From an uncultured Leptolinea sp. (lineage in GTDB: Bacteria > Chloroflexota > Anaerolineae > Anaerolineales > Anaerolineaceae): 49,640 bases of DNA. Each line of letters starts with the position of its first letter. Position 1 is the stretch's first letter. Below are positions 9,137 to 17,621 of this stretch, in pieces. Below the pieces are notes generated by a model that worked only from the letters and a program-made list of their open reading frames with translations, did not search any database and was not told the DNA's origin. Location of the stretch: contig CAZRKL010000002.1 in the NCBI GenBank assembly GCA_964600595.1, positions 3,111 to 52,750 of the forward strand. Direction: 5' to 3'. A program made the translations under genes and the position numbers.

Positions 9137-10399
9137 ATGGCTGATAATGATGTAACTCGAATTGCTGGTAATATCGGCGCTATGAATGCGCTGAACGCGT
9201 TAACCGTGATCAACAAACAGCTCTCTGTTCACCAGTCCCGGTTAGCGTCTGGTAAACGCATCAACTCCGCTGCAGATGATCCCGCTGGTCTGACAATCGC
9301 GACCAAAATGATGGCGCGCAGCGAAGGCTTGAAACAGGCTTACAGCAATATTGGTGATGCCAAGAACCTGCTCGCCGTTGCAGAATCCGGTCTGGGCAGA
9401 ATTAATGAAATTCTTGTTCAAATGCGCAACAAGGCGGAAGCCGGCGCTTCTGACACCATGGGAACCAATGAACGACAGGCTTTGGTTGATCAGATGGTTG
9501 CTTACGCCAAACAGATTGACGATGTAGTTGCCCAAACCAAATGGACAAGCTCCAGCCCGAGTTTGATCGGTGGTGATTATTTTAGTGTCGCAAACGCACT
9601 GACCTTCCAGACTGGTGTAGACCAGGGCGAAACCACCACCCTGAGTGGTCTGGCAAACATGAGCGCCAGCAATGTTGGTACCGGTGCTTCACTAGACATT
9701 GCTCAAGCTGAAGCATCTTCAAGATTAGCCACGAATGTTAGCGGTATCATTTCAACATCTGCAGCAGGAGCTCCATCCAACGCTAATCTGAGCGAACTCA
9801 CCAGCGGCACCTACCGAGTGGAAGTCAACTATGGTACTGGTGGCACTGCAGCGCAAGTATCATTATTCCTAAATGGTTCCAGCGTCCCCGTCATGGTTGA
9901 CGCAGATAATTTGGGAACAACCGAAGCGATCAACACCTTCGCAGTTGTTGACTTGAGCACTGTTGCAAAAGCTGTTGACTTTGGTAATGGTCTGACCGTC
10001 ACCGTAGCTAACGGCACCTCCGGAACTGGTTCTGGTACAGTGGATTACACCCAGGCAAGCACTGATTACAAATTGAAACTCTCTGCAGGTGTATTCCTTA
10101 CGAAAAACTCCTCTGCGGCAGATTTTGCTCAGTATATGTCAAACATCAATGACAAACTGGATACAGTATCCGGTCAACTTGCGCAAATCGGCGCCATGAA
10201 CGGCCGCCTGACCTTCAAAGAAGATCAGATCTCTGCCGCTCAGATCAACGTCGAAGGCGCTTACAACCGAATTATGAACGCCAACATGGCCGAGGAACAG
10301 GTGAACGCTTCCAAATTCCTGATCCTGCAGCAAACCGCTACCGCGATGCTGTCACAGGCCAACGCTGCACCGCAATTCCTGCTCTCCCTCTTCCGGTAA
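9137..10399 (+). CDS. fliC: flagellin
   Basis: Conserved N-terminal region (LSVHQSRLASGKRINSAADDPAGLTIATKM) and C-terminal region (GAMNGRLTF...EGAYNRIMNANMAEEQVNASKFLILQQTATAMLSQANAAPQFLLSLFR). The central region is Ser/Thr/Gly-rich and variable. Confidence 0.95.
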   Translation: MADNDVTRIAGNIGAMNALNALTVINKQLSVHQSRLASGKRINSAADDPAGLTIATKMMARSEGLKQAYSNIGDAKNLLAVAESGLGRINEILVQMRNKAEAGASDTMGTNERQALVDQMVAYAKQIDDVVAQTKWTSSSPSLIGGDYFSVANALTFQTGVDQGETTTLSGLANMSASNVGTGASLDIAQAEASSRLATNVSGIISTSAAGAPSNANLSELTSGTYRVEVNYGTGGTAAQVSLFLNGSSVPVMVDADNLGTTEAINTFAVVDLSTVAKAVDFGNGLTVTVANGTSGTGSGTVDYTQASTDYKLKLSAGVFLTKNSSAADFAQYMSNINDKLDTVSGQLAQIGAMNGRLTFKEDQISAAQINVEGAYNRIMNANMAEEQVNASKFLILQQTATAMLSQANAAPQFLLSLFR

Positions 10400-10448
10400 C
10401 AGCAGGGTACGGGGGCAGATAAGCTCTCAGATCCGCCGATGGTATAAA

Positions 10449-10477
10449 GCGGGGAGCGCCGGAAACGGCGCCCCCGC
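10449..10477 (+). terminator. GC-rich stem-loop between fliC and fliD (attenuator or 3'-end stabiliser)
   Basis: gcgggg(a)gcgccg-gaaa-cggcgcccccgc: 12 bp with one bulge and a GAAA tetraloop. No downstream U-tract. Confidence 0.45.
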
Positions 10478-10507
10478 TCCACCTAAAGAAAAGAACCAGA
10501 GGTACGA

Positions 10508-12217
10508 ATGGCAAACACAATCGGGCAACTAGACTCTTCCTTCACAAATCTCATCAGTAATTTGATGACGCTGGAACGCCAGCCGTTGTTGGGTTTAAAC
10601 ACCAAACGTGACACACTCAATGTGAAAAAGGCTGTCTACACCGATCTCAAGGATAAAGTCGATGCCCTTCAGGCTGCCGTCCGTACTCTGAAACCCAGTG
10701 ATGCATTCTTCAGTCTCAACCCGGGTCGAAAAGTCAGTGTATCATCCAATACCACCGGCTCCACCATCGCCACCGCAGCCGCCGGTTCCGCATCTGTGCC
10801 AGGCACCTACACCATCAGCGAGGTTACCCTGGCGAAGGCGCACAGTGTTATGTCTGGCCGCATGGCTTATACAGACCAGGCGCTGGGCTACACAGGCGCA
10901 ATCCGCATGGGCGGATACGAGGCCAGAGCGGTGGCTGCATCCTCAACCAATACGGTCGTAGATGGGATCACAACCGCTGCTTCAATCATCGCAGGTCAGC
11001 AAGAGCTCGGAACAGGCAGCTACTTCATTGAGACCCGCGAATTGGATGGTGTGCAGCAATTCCGCATGGTCGATGAAAACGGGAAAGCAGTAGCCATCCG
11101 CAATGGCAGCACATCCAGCGTCACCGCCAACTGGCAGGCGCTCCCAACCGCCGGTGAATTCGATACCGGACGTGGACTGGTATTAAACTTTACTGGTACA
11201 TTCTCAGCCCACATGAAAGGCAGTGGAGCTGCCAGCGTGGAGTATCACGCGCAAGGCGCCTCCATTGACATTGCCGCTACTGACACCCTGGTCGAAATCG
11301 CCTCAAAAATCAACAACGCAAGCTACGCAGCCGGAAACGAAGTACTGGCGAATATTATCGACAATCAATTGATCCTGACTGCCAAGAACAGTGGAGCCGG
11401 GAAAGAGATCGTAGCCAGCGGAACTGTTCTTGAAAACCTGGGAATCTTGAATGAAGGCGTTTACACCAACATTCGATCCATAGCAGCCAATGCATCCTTC
11501 AAAGTGAATGGCATGAATGTCACCCGCAGTTCCAATACCGGGTTGACCGATGTTATCCAGGGCGTGACATTGAACCTTTCCAGTGACGCGGAGGGTGCAG
11601 GGAAAGTGGCAACCATTAACATCACCGGTGACACTTCCACACAGAAATCTGCACTTCAGGATTTCTTGACCAAATTCAATGGTCTGCAGACCTACATCAC
11701 GCAAAAGATGGCTGTGACCAAGAAAGCAGATGGTACGTACGAGCGCGCAACACTGGCTGGCGATTCGATGTTATCCAGTCTCAAGATGGATCTTGGACGG
11801 ATGATGACAACATCGTACACCAATGCTGGCACATTCACCAATCTGCGCCAGATCGGCATTACGATGAATGAAACTGGACAGATGACCATCAGTGACAGCT
11901 CAAAGTTGGATAATCTGCTCGCATCTGATTTCAACAATGTAAAGCTCCTACTGGATGCAGTGATGACGGGAGCCCTTAATAAGATCAACCGCTTCTCAGG
12001 AACCAGCAGCTACGTGGATACTGCCATTAAAGCTGTGGAAAGAGAAGCCGATAATGTAGGAAAACAGATAACCACCATGAATGAACGGTTGGCAAAGAAA
12101 GAATCGCAGTTGTTCGATCAATTCGCAGCTGCCCAGTCTACACTGGAATCTCTCTCGTACCAGCAGCAAACAATCGCAGCGGGAATGAGTTATCTGTCAA
12201 GCATCAATTATGGTTAA
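10508..12217 (+). CDS. fliD: flagellar filament capping protein FliD
   Basis: N-terminus LISNLMTLERQPLLGL; motifs PGTYTISEVTLAKAH and FKVNGMNVTRSSNTGLTDVIQGVTLNL; C-terminal coiled coil (ERLAKKESQLFDQFAAAQSTLESL). Confidence 0.9.
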   Translation: MANTIGQLDSSFTNLISNLMTLERQPLLGLNTKRDTLNVKKAVYTDLKDKVDALQAAVRTLKPSDAFFSLNPGRKVSVSSNTTGSTIATAAAGSASVPGTYTISEVTLAKAHSVMSGRMAYTDQALGYTGAIRMGGYEARAVAASSTNTVVDGITTAASIIAGQQELGTGSYFIETRELDGVQQFRMVDENGKAVAIRNGSTSSVTANWQALPTAGEFDTGRGLVLNFTGTFSAHMKGSGAASVEYHAQGASIDIAATDTLVEIASKINNASYAAGNEVLANIIDNQLILTAKNSGAGKEIVASGTVLENLGILNEGVYTNIRSIAANASFKVNGMNVTRSSNTGLTDVIQGVTLNLSSDAEGAGKVATINITGDTSTQKSALQDFLTKFNGLQTYITQKMAVTKKADGTYERATLAGDSMLSSLKMDLGRMMTTSYTNAGTFTNLRQIGITMNETGQMTISDSSKLDNLLASDFNNVKLLLDAVMTGALNKINRFSGTSSYVDTAIKAVEREADNVGKQITTMNERLAKKESQLFDQFAAAQSTLESLSYQQQTIAAGMSYLSSINYG

Positions 12218-12282
12218 AGTCCCGGATCAGACGGGCAGCATCTCAGCGGCATCGCAGCAGACTTAGCTGATCCCAGGCATGG

Positions 12283-12624
12283 ATGCCGGAGGGCAAAATG
12301 TACGGAGAAAATGTAACACCCATAAGCAATATCGAGCTGGAACGGCCGGCAGCCGTTCAGGTTCAAGCGCAACAGGTGGCGCAGGTAAAAGCTGCACAAC
12401 CTGTTAAACAGGCTGAACCCGCTGCTGAAGAGAAAAAAGTCGTCGAGGCGAAATCCACACCCGTGAAGACGTCAGATGTTCAATTACGCTTCATTGTGGA
12501 TGGTGAAACCAACAATATCACTGTTCTGGTTGTTGATCGAACAAATCAACGTGTTATTCGTTCAATCCCACCTGAAGAATTAAACACGTTCCAAAAGGGA
12601 GACCTGTTATCACTTTTTGCGTAA
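12283..12624 (+). CDS. flaG: flagellar protein FlaG
   Basis: C-terminal FlaG domain LRFIVDGETNNITVLVVDRTNQRVIRSIPPEELNTF. An alternative ATG at 12298 has the better SD (GGAGGG). Confidence 0.85.
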   Translation: MPEGKMYGENVTPISNIELERPAAVQVQAQQVAQVKAAQPVKQAEPAAEEKKVVEAKSTPVKTSDVQLRFIVDGETNNITVLVVDRTNQRVIRSIPPEELNTFQKGDLLSLFA

Positions 12625-12666
12625 ATCTTCGTAATATCTTTTACTGAATTTTTACGGAGAATGCCC

Positions 12667-12693
12667 TAAAGTGCAAACCGGGTGACCCGATAA
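12667..12693 (+). promoter_or_regulatory. sigma-28 (FliA)-type promoter upstream of fliS
   Basis: TAAAGTGC-N11-CCCGATAA compared with the enterobacterial consensus TAAAGTTT-N11-GCCGATAA: 6/8 and 7/8 matches with exact spacing. It ends 45 nt before the fliS GTG. Confidence 0.55.
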
Positions 12694-12738
12694 CAGATTA
12701 CATAGAACAATCAAACAGTGATAACCAGGAGTAAAGCC

Positions 12739-13098
12739 GTGTATCAAACTTCTTACCACCGCAACGAATACCGCACACAGGATGTGATGGGCGCCAGCCC
12801 GATTAGACTGGTCATTATGGCATACAACTTAGCCATCAATTCCTGCGAACAGAAGGATTTTGCACAAGCTACCAAAGCTATCACGGTTTTACGCGACGCC
12901 TTGAATTTCGATTATCCAGAAGTATCGGTGGGCTTGTTCCGCCTGTATCAGTGGTGCCTGGATTGCATTCGTCAGGGAGATTACACCGGCGCGATCCATA
13001 CACTTATAGAATTAAGAGATGCCTGGGTGCAGGGTGAGAAAAACTTGCAGCACCTGGCTGCTCCAGCGCTGCAGAGCCAGAGGATTTCCGCAGCCTGA
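12739..13098 (+). CDS. fliS: flagellin-specific export chaperone FliS
   Basis: FliS-like four-helix pattern (ASPIRLVIMAYNLAINSCEQ...AITVLRDALNFD...LFRLYQWCLDCI). GTG at 12739 follows AGGAG (12727-12731). Confidence 0.85.
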   Translation: MYQTSYHRNEYRTQDVMGASPIRLVIMAYNLAINSCEQKDFAQATKAITVLRDALNFDYPEVSVGLFRLYQWCLDCIRQGDYTGAIHTLIELRDAWVQGEKNLQHLAAPALQSQRISAA

Positions 13099-13131
13099 GA
13101 GTTGAACTCACTCAGCGCAATTCGCTAACCC

Positions 13132-13149
13132 GGGGCAGATCACTGCCCC
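13132..13149 (+). terminator. stem-loop after fliS
   Basis: GGGGCAG-atca-CTGCCCC, 7-bp stem, 34 nt after the fliS stop. No immediate U-tract. Confidence 0.4.
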
Positions 13150-13273
13150 ACTAAGGGTTTAATCCCGTTCATTTATACATTTTTTATATCTTCTTCATCA
13201 ATGCTTTACTGTCTCTTCAGTTTGGTTCTGGTAGCATACAAGCATCCAGAGTTATTAACTGAAGGAGACGGTT

Positions 13274-13735
13274 ATGAGTTTTTGGAACAGCATTCGAATC
13301 AGCGGCAGCGGACTAACTGCTCAACGTTTGCGTCTGGACATGATCTCAAATAATATTGCCAACGCGCAGACCACCCGCACAGCTGCCGGCGGTCCATATA
13401 AACGACAGGACGTCGTTTTCGTTCCACAAACACCCAGCAACAATCTTCCTCCATTCCTGGCCAGCCGTTTTGCCAATTCTCCCATCGCCAGCCGTATGAA
13501 CCAGACGGGCGGTGTCGAGGTCGCGCAGATCGTCACCGATCAAGAGGAAGGTTCCCGCGTATATGATCCGAACCATCCGGATGCTGATGAAGATGGTTTT
13601 GTGACCTATCCAAATGTCAACATTGTGGTGGAGATGACCAACATGCTGTCTGCCACCCGGTCATACGAAGCCAACCTCGCAGTAGTTGATGCTGCCAAGC
13701 GGATGGCTTTACGCGCTCTGGATATTGGTAAGTAG
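13274..13735 (+). CDS. flgC: flagellar basal-body rod protein FlgC
   Basis: SGSGLTAQRLRLDMISNNIANAQTTRTAAGGPYKRQDVVF...VTYPNVNIVVEMTNMLSATRSYEANL. SD GAAGGAG. Confidence 0.9.
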   Translation: MSFWNSIRISGSGLTAQRLRLDMISNNIANAQTTRTAAGGPYKRQDVVFVPQTPSNNLPPFLASRFANSPIASRMNQTGGVEVAQIVTDQEEGSRVYDPNHPDADEDGFVTYPNVNIVVEMTNMLSATRSYEANLAVVDAAKRMALRALDIGK

Positions 13736-13751
13736 AAGGAAGGGATGACAC

Positions 13752-14057
13752 ATGGCAATAAATCCAATTTCGCCACTCAATATCAACTCGATCAACCCAC
13801 TTAACACAACCGGTGCAACCAGGAATACATCCGCGCTGGATCAGGTTGGCAAGTCATTTGGGGCTGTTCTTGAATCTTTGAATGAATCTCAGCTCAAATC
13901 AGACTCACTCATCCAATCGCTGGCAACAGGCGGAAATGTTGATTTGCACACCGTAACGATTGCGGCGGAAGAAAATGATGTCAATTTCCGTGTTGCCATG
14001 GCAATCCGCGACAAACTGGTGGATGCCTACCGCGAAGTAATGCGGATGAGCGTATAA
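13752..14057 (+). CDS. fliE: flagellar hook-basal body complex protein FliE
   Basis: The C-terminus VNFRVAMAIRDKLVDAYREVMRMSV is the typical FliE signature. Confidence 0.85.
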   Translation: MAINPISPLNINSINPLNTTGATRNTSALDQVGKSFGAVLESLNESQLKSDSLIQSLATGGNVDLHTVTIAAEENDVNFRVAMAIRDKLVDAYREVMRMSV

Positions 14058-14090
14058 AACCATTTACAGATAAATTGAGAGATAAAGCAT

Positions 14091-15746
14091 ATGTCCGTAC
14101 CCCTGCAGCAGCAAGTATCCACATTCTGGTCAAGACAATCCACTTCTCAGAAGATTACTTTAATTGCGTTAGTTCTAGCAGCCGTCGTTGTTATTCCGCT
14201 GCTTATCACCTGGGCAACGCAGCCAACCTATGCAGTTGCATTCAGCGGCATGGGCGAAGAGGATGCAGGCGAAGTAATTGAGAAGCTGAACGAATCCAGC
14301 ATCCCCTATAAACTTCAGGGCACTGGAACGATCATGGTTCCGCAAGATCAAGTGTATGAAGTCCGATTGCAGATGGCTCGTGAAGGATTACCCCAGAACG
14401 GCACCGTTGGTTTCGAACTCTTCTCTGGTTCCACGCTGGGTATGACTGAATTTACCCAGAAGGTGAATTACCGCCGGGCGCTGGAAGGTGAGTTGGAACG
14501 CACCATCGGCAGCCTGGCTCCGGTAGAAGCAGTCCGTGTCCATATTGTTACTCCAGAAAAAACGCTTCTTTCCAATGATCAGGTACCAACCACTGCTTCA
14601 ATCATGCTCAAACTCGGCAGCAGCCGGGCTCTTGATCAAGCGCAGGTTCAATCAATCACCCATTTAGTCGCATCCAGTGTTGAAGGGTTGAAACCCGAAA
14701 ATGTGGTTGTTGTCGATTCTTCCGGAAGGATGTTGGCCAGCGGTGTGGGCGGGAGTTCAGAAGCAGGTGCAGCAGGACAAACCGACACCCGCCGGGCAGC
14801 TGAATCCGCTGCCGCGCTGGCTGTTCAGCAAAAAGCAGAACAGTTGCTTCTGCAGGTATTAGGCCCCAATCGGGCTGTCGTGCAGGCAGATGTGTCACTG
14901 GATTGGACCCAAAAAGAAACCACATCCCAGACTTATGAGCCAACCACGACCACAATCCGCAGCACCCAGAAAACCACGGAAGAGTATGAAACCGCAGGCG
15001 GCGCAACTGGCGGCGTCCCGGGCGCCGAAACGAATTTACCCGAAGGTACAGATACCAACGCGACCAATGCCAGTTCATCCAATTACACACGCTCTGACGA
15101 GGTTGTGAATTATGAAATTTCAACCGTCCAGGCGCATGAAATCATCTCCCCTGGCTCCATAAAACGGATCACCCTGTCAGTGCTGGTGGATAGCGTAACT
15201 GATCAGGCACAACTCGCCACACTGCAGAGCGCAGTCGCTGCAGCCGTAGGAATTGATGAAACCCGTGGAGACAAACTGGTTGTAGAAAACACTACTTTCG
15301 ACAAAACATACCTGACAACACAGACAGAAGATCTGGAAAAATCATCGCAAACGGAGCTTTATTGGCGGATCGGTGAAATCGCTGGCGCGGTCATCTTACT
15401 ATTCGTCTTGCTCTTCTATGTCCAAAGGTTGCTCAAAAACCTCAAGCTCGCATCTGCCGACGCCTGGGTTCCTGTAATGAAACCTCTTTCTGAGACTGCT
15501 CTCTCTGGTTCGGGATCCATGAATGCGCCATTATTCCCATCCATGGATAACGCGGGTATGGCAGGCTTATCCTCAGCGCAGGATCATGCTGCTCCTCCCC
15601 GATTGGAATCTTTGATCAAACCGCATAAAGCCAACCCGGAAGACGAGCAGCTGCAGAAAGTTCTCACCCGCCTGACGGAAGAGAACCCTGCCAGCGTGGC
15701 TGAAATCATCCAAATGTGGCTCACGGAAGATGAGAGGCGCTCATGA
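14091..15746 (+). CDS. fliF: flagellar M-ring protein FliF
   Basis: N-terminal TM helix; IPYKLQGTGTIMVPQDQVYEVRLQMAREGLP; RALEGELERTI; second TM helix (AGAVILLFVLLFYV); C-terminal FliG-binding tail. Confidence 0.9.
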   Translation: MSVPLQQQVSTFWSRQSTSQKITLIALVLAAVVVIPLLITWATQPTYAVAFSGMGEEDAGEVIEKLNESSIPYKLQGTGTIMVPQDQVYEVRLQMAREGLPQNGTVGFELFSGSTLGMTEFTQKVNYRRALEGELERTIGSLAPVEAVRVHIVTPEKTLLSNDQVPTTASIMLKLGSSRALDQAQVQSITHLVASSVEGLKPENVVVVDSSGRMLASGVGGSSEAGAAGQTDTRRAAESAAALAVQQKAEQLLLQVLGPNRAVVQADVSLDWTQKETTSQTYEPTTTTIRSTQKTTEEYETAGGATGGVPGAETNLPEGTDTNATNASSSNYTRSDEVVNYEISTVQAHEIISPGSIKRITLSVLVDSVTDQAQLATLQSAVAAAVGIDETRGDKLVVENTTFDKTYLTTQTEDLEKSSQTELYWRIGEIAGAVILLFVLLFYVQRLLKNLKLASADAWVPVMKPLSETALSGSGSMNAPLFPSMDNAGMAGLSSAQDHAAPPRLESLIKPHKANPEDEQLQKVLTRLTEENPASVAEIIQMWLTEDERRS

Positions 15747-16765
15747 ACGACTCCTTCATTGCACCATCAGGTCTGGAAAAAACCACCGCGCTACTGCTTA
15801 GTTTAGGTGTGGATCTTTCTTCCAAGGTTCTGCAATATCTGGGAGAAGGAGAAATTGAAAGAGTGCTGCTTTCCCTTTCGCGCGGCAACAATATCAGCCC
15901 CGAGACCCGCCGTGAAGTGATGATCGAAGCTTATGAATTATCACAGGAAGGCGTGGGATTGATGGGTGGCGGTGTGGAATACAGCCGGCAATTACTTGCC
16001 CGTGCTGTGGGTCCACGCCGGGGTGCTGAAATTCTGGAACGTATCTCTGCCCGTGAACAGCTTTCTTCTTTTGAAATGCTGCGCAATGCAGATCCAGAAC
16101 AGGTCGCCACGTTATTACAAGATGAACTTCCGCAAACGATAGCGCTTGTCCTTTCATACCTTGAAGCAAAAGTTGCCGCGGATATACTGTGCAGCTTCCC
16201 CAAGGATTTACAGATTGAAGTCGTTTTACGGCTCGCAAATATGGACCGGGTTTCTCCGCAGGTAGTTCAGGTGGTGGAGAGAAACTTGAAGAGTAAATTA
16301 TCCGGTGTATTGAATGAAGCAGACTTCCGTGCGACAGGTGGAGTTTCCTTCCTGGTGAAGATGATGAACCAGGTTGACCGGGGAGTGCAAAAATCCATTC
16401 TTGAAGCGTTGGATACAACCAATCCCAAATTGGTTGAAGAAATCCACGCCAATATGTTCACCTTTGATGACCTGGCGAAACTGGATGATAAAACCATGCA
16501 GCGCGTACTTCGGGATGTTTCTAAATCTGATCTTGCCATGGCGCTGAAAGCCGCTTCAGAGAAACTGAAAGACTTGGTATTCCGCAACCTCTCAGAACGC
16601 GCTCGTGACAACCTGAAAGAAGAAATTGAAGTCCTTGGTCCGCAGCTTGCCAAAAATGTTTATGGTGCACAACGGCGAATCGTCGATGCAGTTCGCTCGC
16701 TGGAAGAAGCGGGTGAAATCGTTATAGCTGGCAGTGGAGGTGAAGAATATGAAGTCATCGCGTAG
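15743..16765 (+). CDS. fliG: flagellar motor switch protein FliG
   Basis: GLEKTTALLLSLG...; the torque-helix region (FRNLSERARDNLKEEIEVLGP) is typical FliG. ATGA overlap with fliF. Confidence 0.95.
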   Translation: MNDSFIAPSGLEKTTALLLSLGVDLSSKVLQYLGEGEIERVLLSLSRGNNISPETRREVMIEAYELSQEGVGLMGGGVEYSRQLLARAVGPRRGAEILERISAREQLSSFEMLRNADPEQVATLLQDELPQTIALVLSYLEAKVAADILCSFPKDLQIEVVLRLANMDRVSPQVVQVVERNLKSKLSGVLNEADFRATGGVSFLVKMMNQVDRGVQKSILEALDTTNPKLVEEIHANMFTFDDLAKLDDKTMQRVLRDVSKSDLAMALKAASEKLKDLVFRNLSERARDNLKEEIEVLGPQLAKNVYGAQRRIVDAVRSLEEAGEIVIAGSGGEEYEVIA

Positions 16766-17621
16766 TATCAACCCAAACGGAACAGTGCAGAGTTGGCTGC
16801 CTTCAGATCTGGTAAAGAATATCCTTGATGCAGCCGTAGGAAAAGATGCCAGTGATGGACAAGCATTATTCAGTTCCTCACGGGAAGGATTAATCGCAGA
16901 GAAATCTTCCGGCAATTTACTGAAAGCCGATATCGAAGTAAAACCCGCTGCGTGGATGCCGGGAGATTTTGGCAGCATTCAAACAGAACGTACCTCTCCC
17001 AAGTGGCAACCGGCTGTTCGCTACCATACTCCGGCTAATGCTGCAGATGCCGCCACACAGATTATTCTGGATGCGCGCCGGCAGGCGGATGAAATTGTAA
17101 AAACTGCTGAAGACAACGCCAGATCCATTCAAGAACAGGCGTATCAGGATGGCTGGAACGCATCCATGAGTGAGCTTCAGGCACATTTCACTACTGCAAG
17201 ATCGCTGGTACAGGAACTTTATGCGTGGCGTGAAGAACTCATGCAAAAAAGTGAGAGTATGATCCTGGAACTGGTGAAAAATATTGCCCAAAAATTATTC
17301 GGGGAGGGATTCACGTTAGATGCTTCCGCTCTCCAGCAAACCTTTACAAATGTCCTGGATAACGCCAGATCGCTGGGCAACTTGCGGGTCTATGTAAATC
17401 CCGATGATGCCACCCTTTTGGGACCCTACTGGCGCGAATTTCAGGAATCAATTTCCAACCACCAGATCGAAATCATTCCCAGCAATTCCATCTCGCGTGG
17501 TGGATGCTATGTCAACGGGCAATGGGGATCTGCAGATGGTCGCATAGAGACCCAATTAAAAGCGATCATGGATGCCCTCACGCCTGAGGAAAATGAGAAT
17601 ACGGAGACAGGTGAAGCATGA
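16749..17621 (+). CDS. fliH: flagellar export-apparatus protein FliH
   Basis: Coiled-coil centre (ILDARRQADEIVKTAEDNARSIQEQAYQDG). C-terminus ISRGGCYVNGQWGSADGRIETQLKAI. ATG 16749 follows GGAGG; the track start is 16734. Confidence 0.75.
   Translation: MKSSRSINPNGTVQSWLPSDLVKNILDAAVGKDASDGQALFSSSREGLIAEKSSGNLLKADIEVKPAAWMPGDFGSIQTERTSPKWQPAVRYHTPANAADAATQIILDARRQADEIVKTAEDNARSIQEQAYQDGWNASMSELQAHFTTARSLVQELYAWREELMQKSESMILELVKNIAQKLFGEGFTLDASALQQTFTNVLDNARSLGNLRVYVNPDDATLLGPYWREFQESISNHQIEIIPSNSISRGGCYVNGQWGSADGRIETQLKAIMDALTPEENENTETGEA

Noticed and set aside
14656-16418. Long opposite-strand ORFs inside flagellar genes: 14656-15123, 15894-16418, 23183-23659, 35486-35944, 36223-36750 and 5431-5937.
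   Set aside because: Each lies entirely antisense to a gene with strong family motifs. None has an RBS or a recognisable domain. Their composition is Arg/Ser/Pro-rich, which is typical of shadow ORFs.
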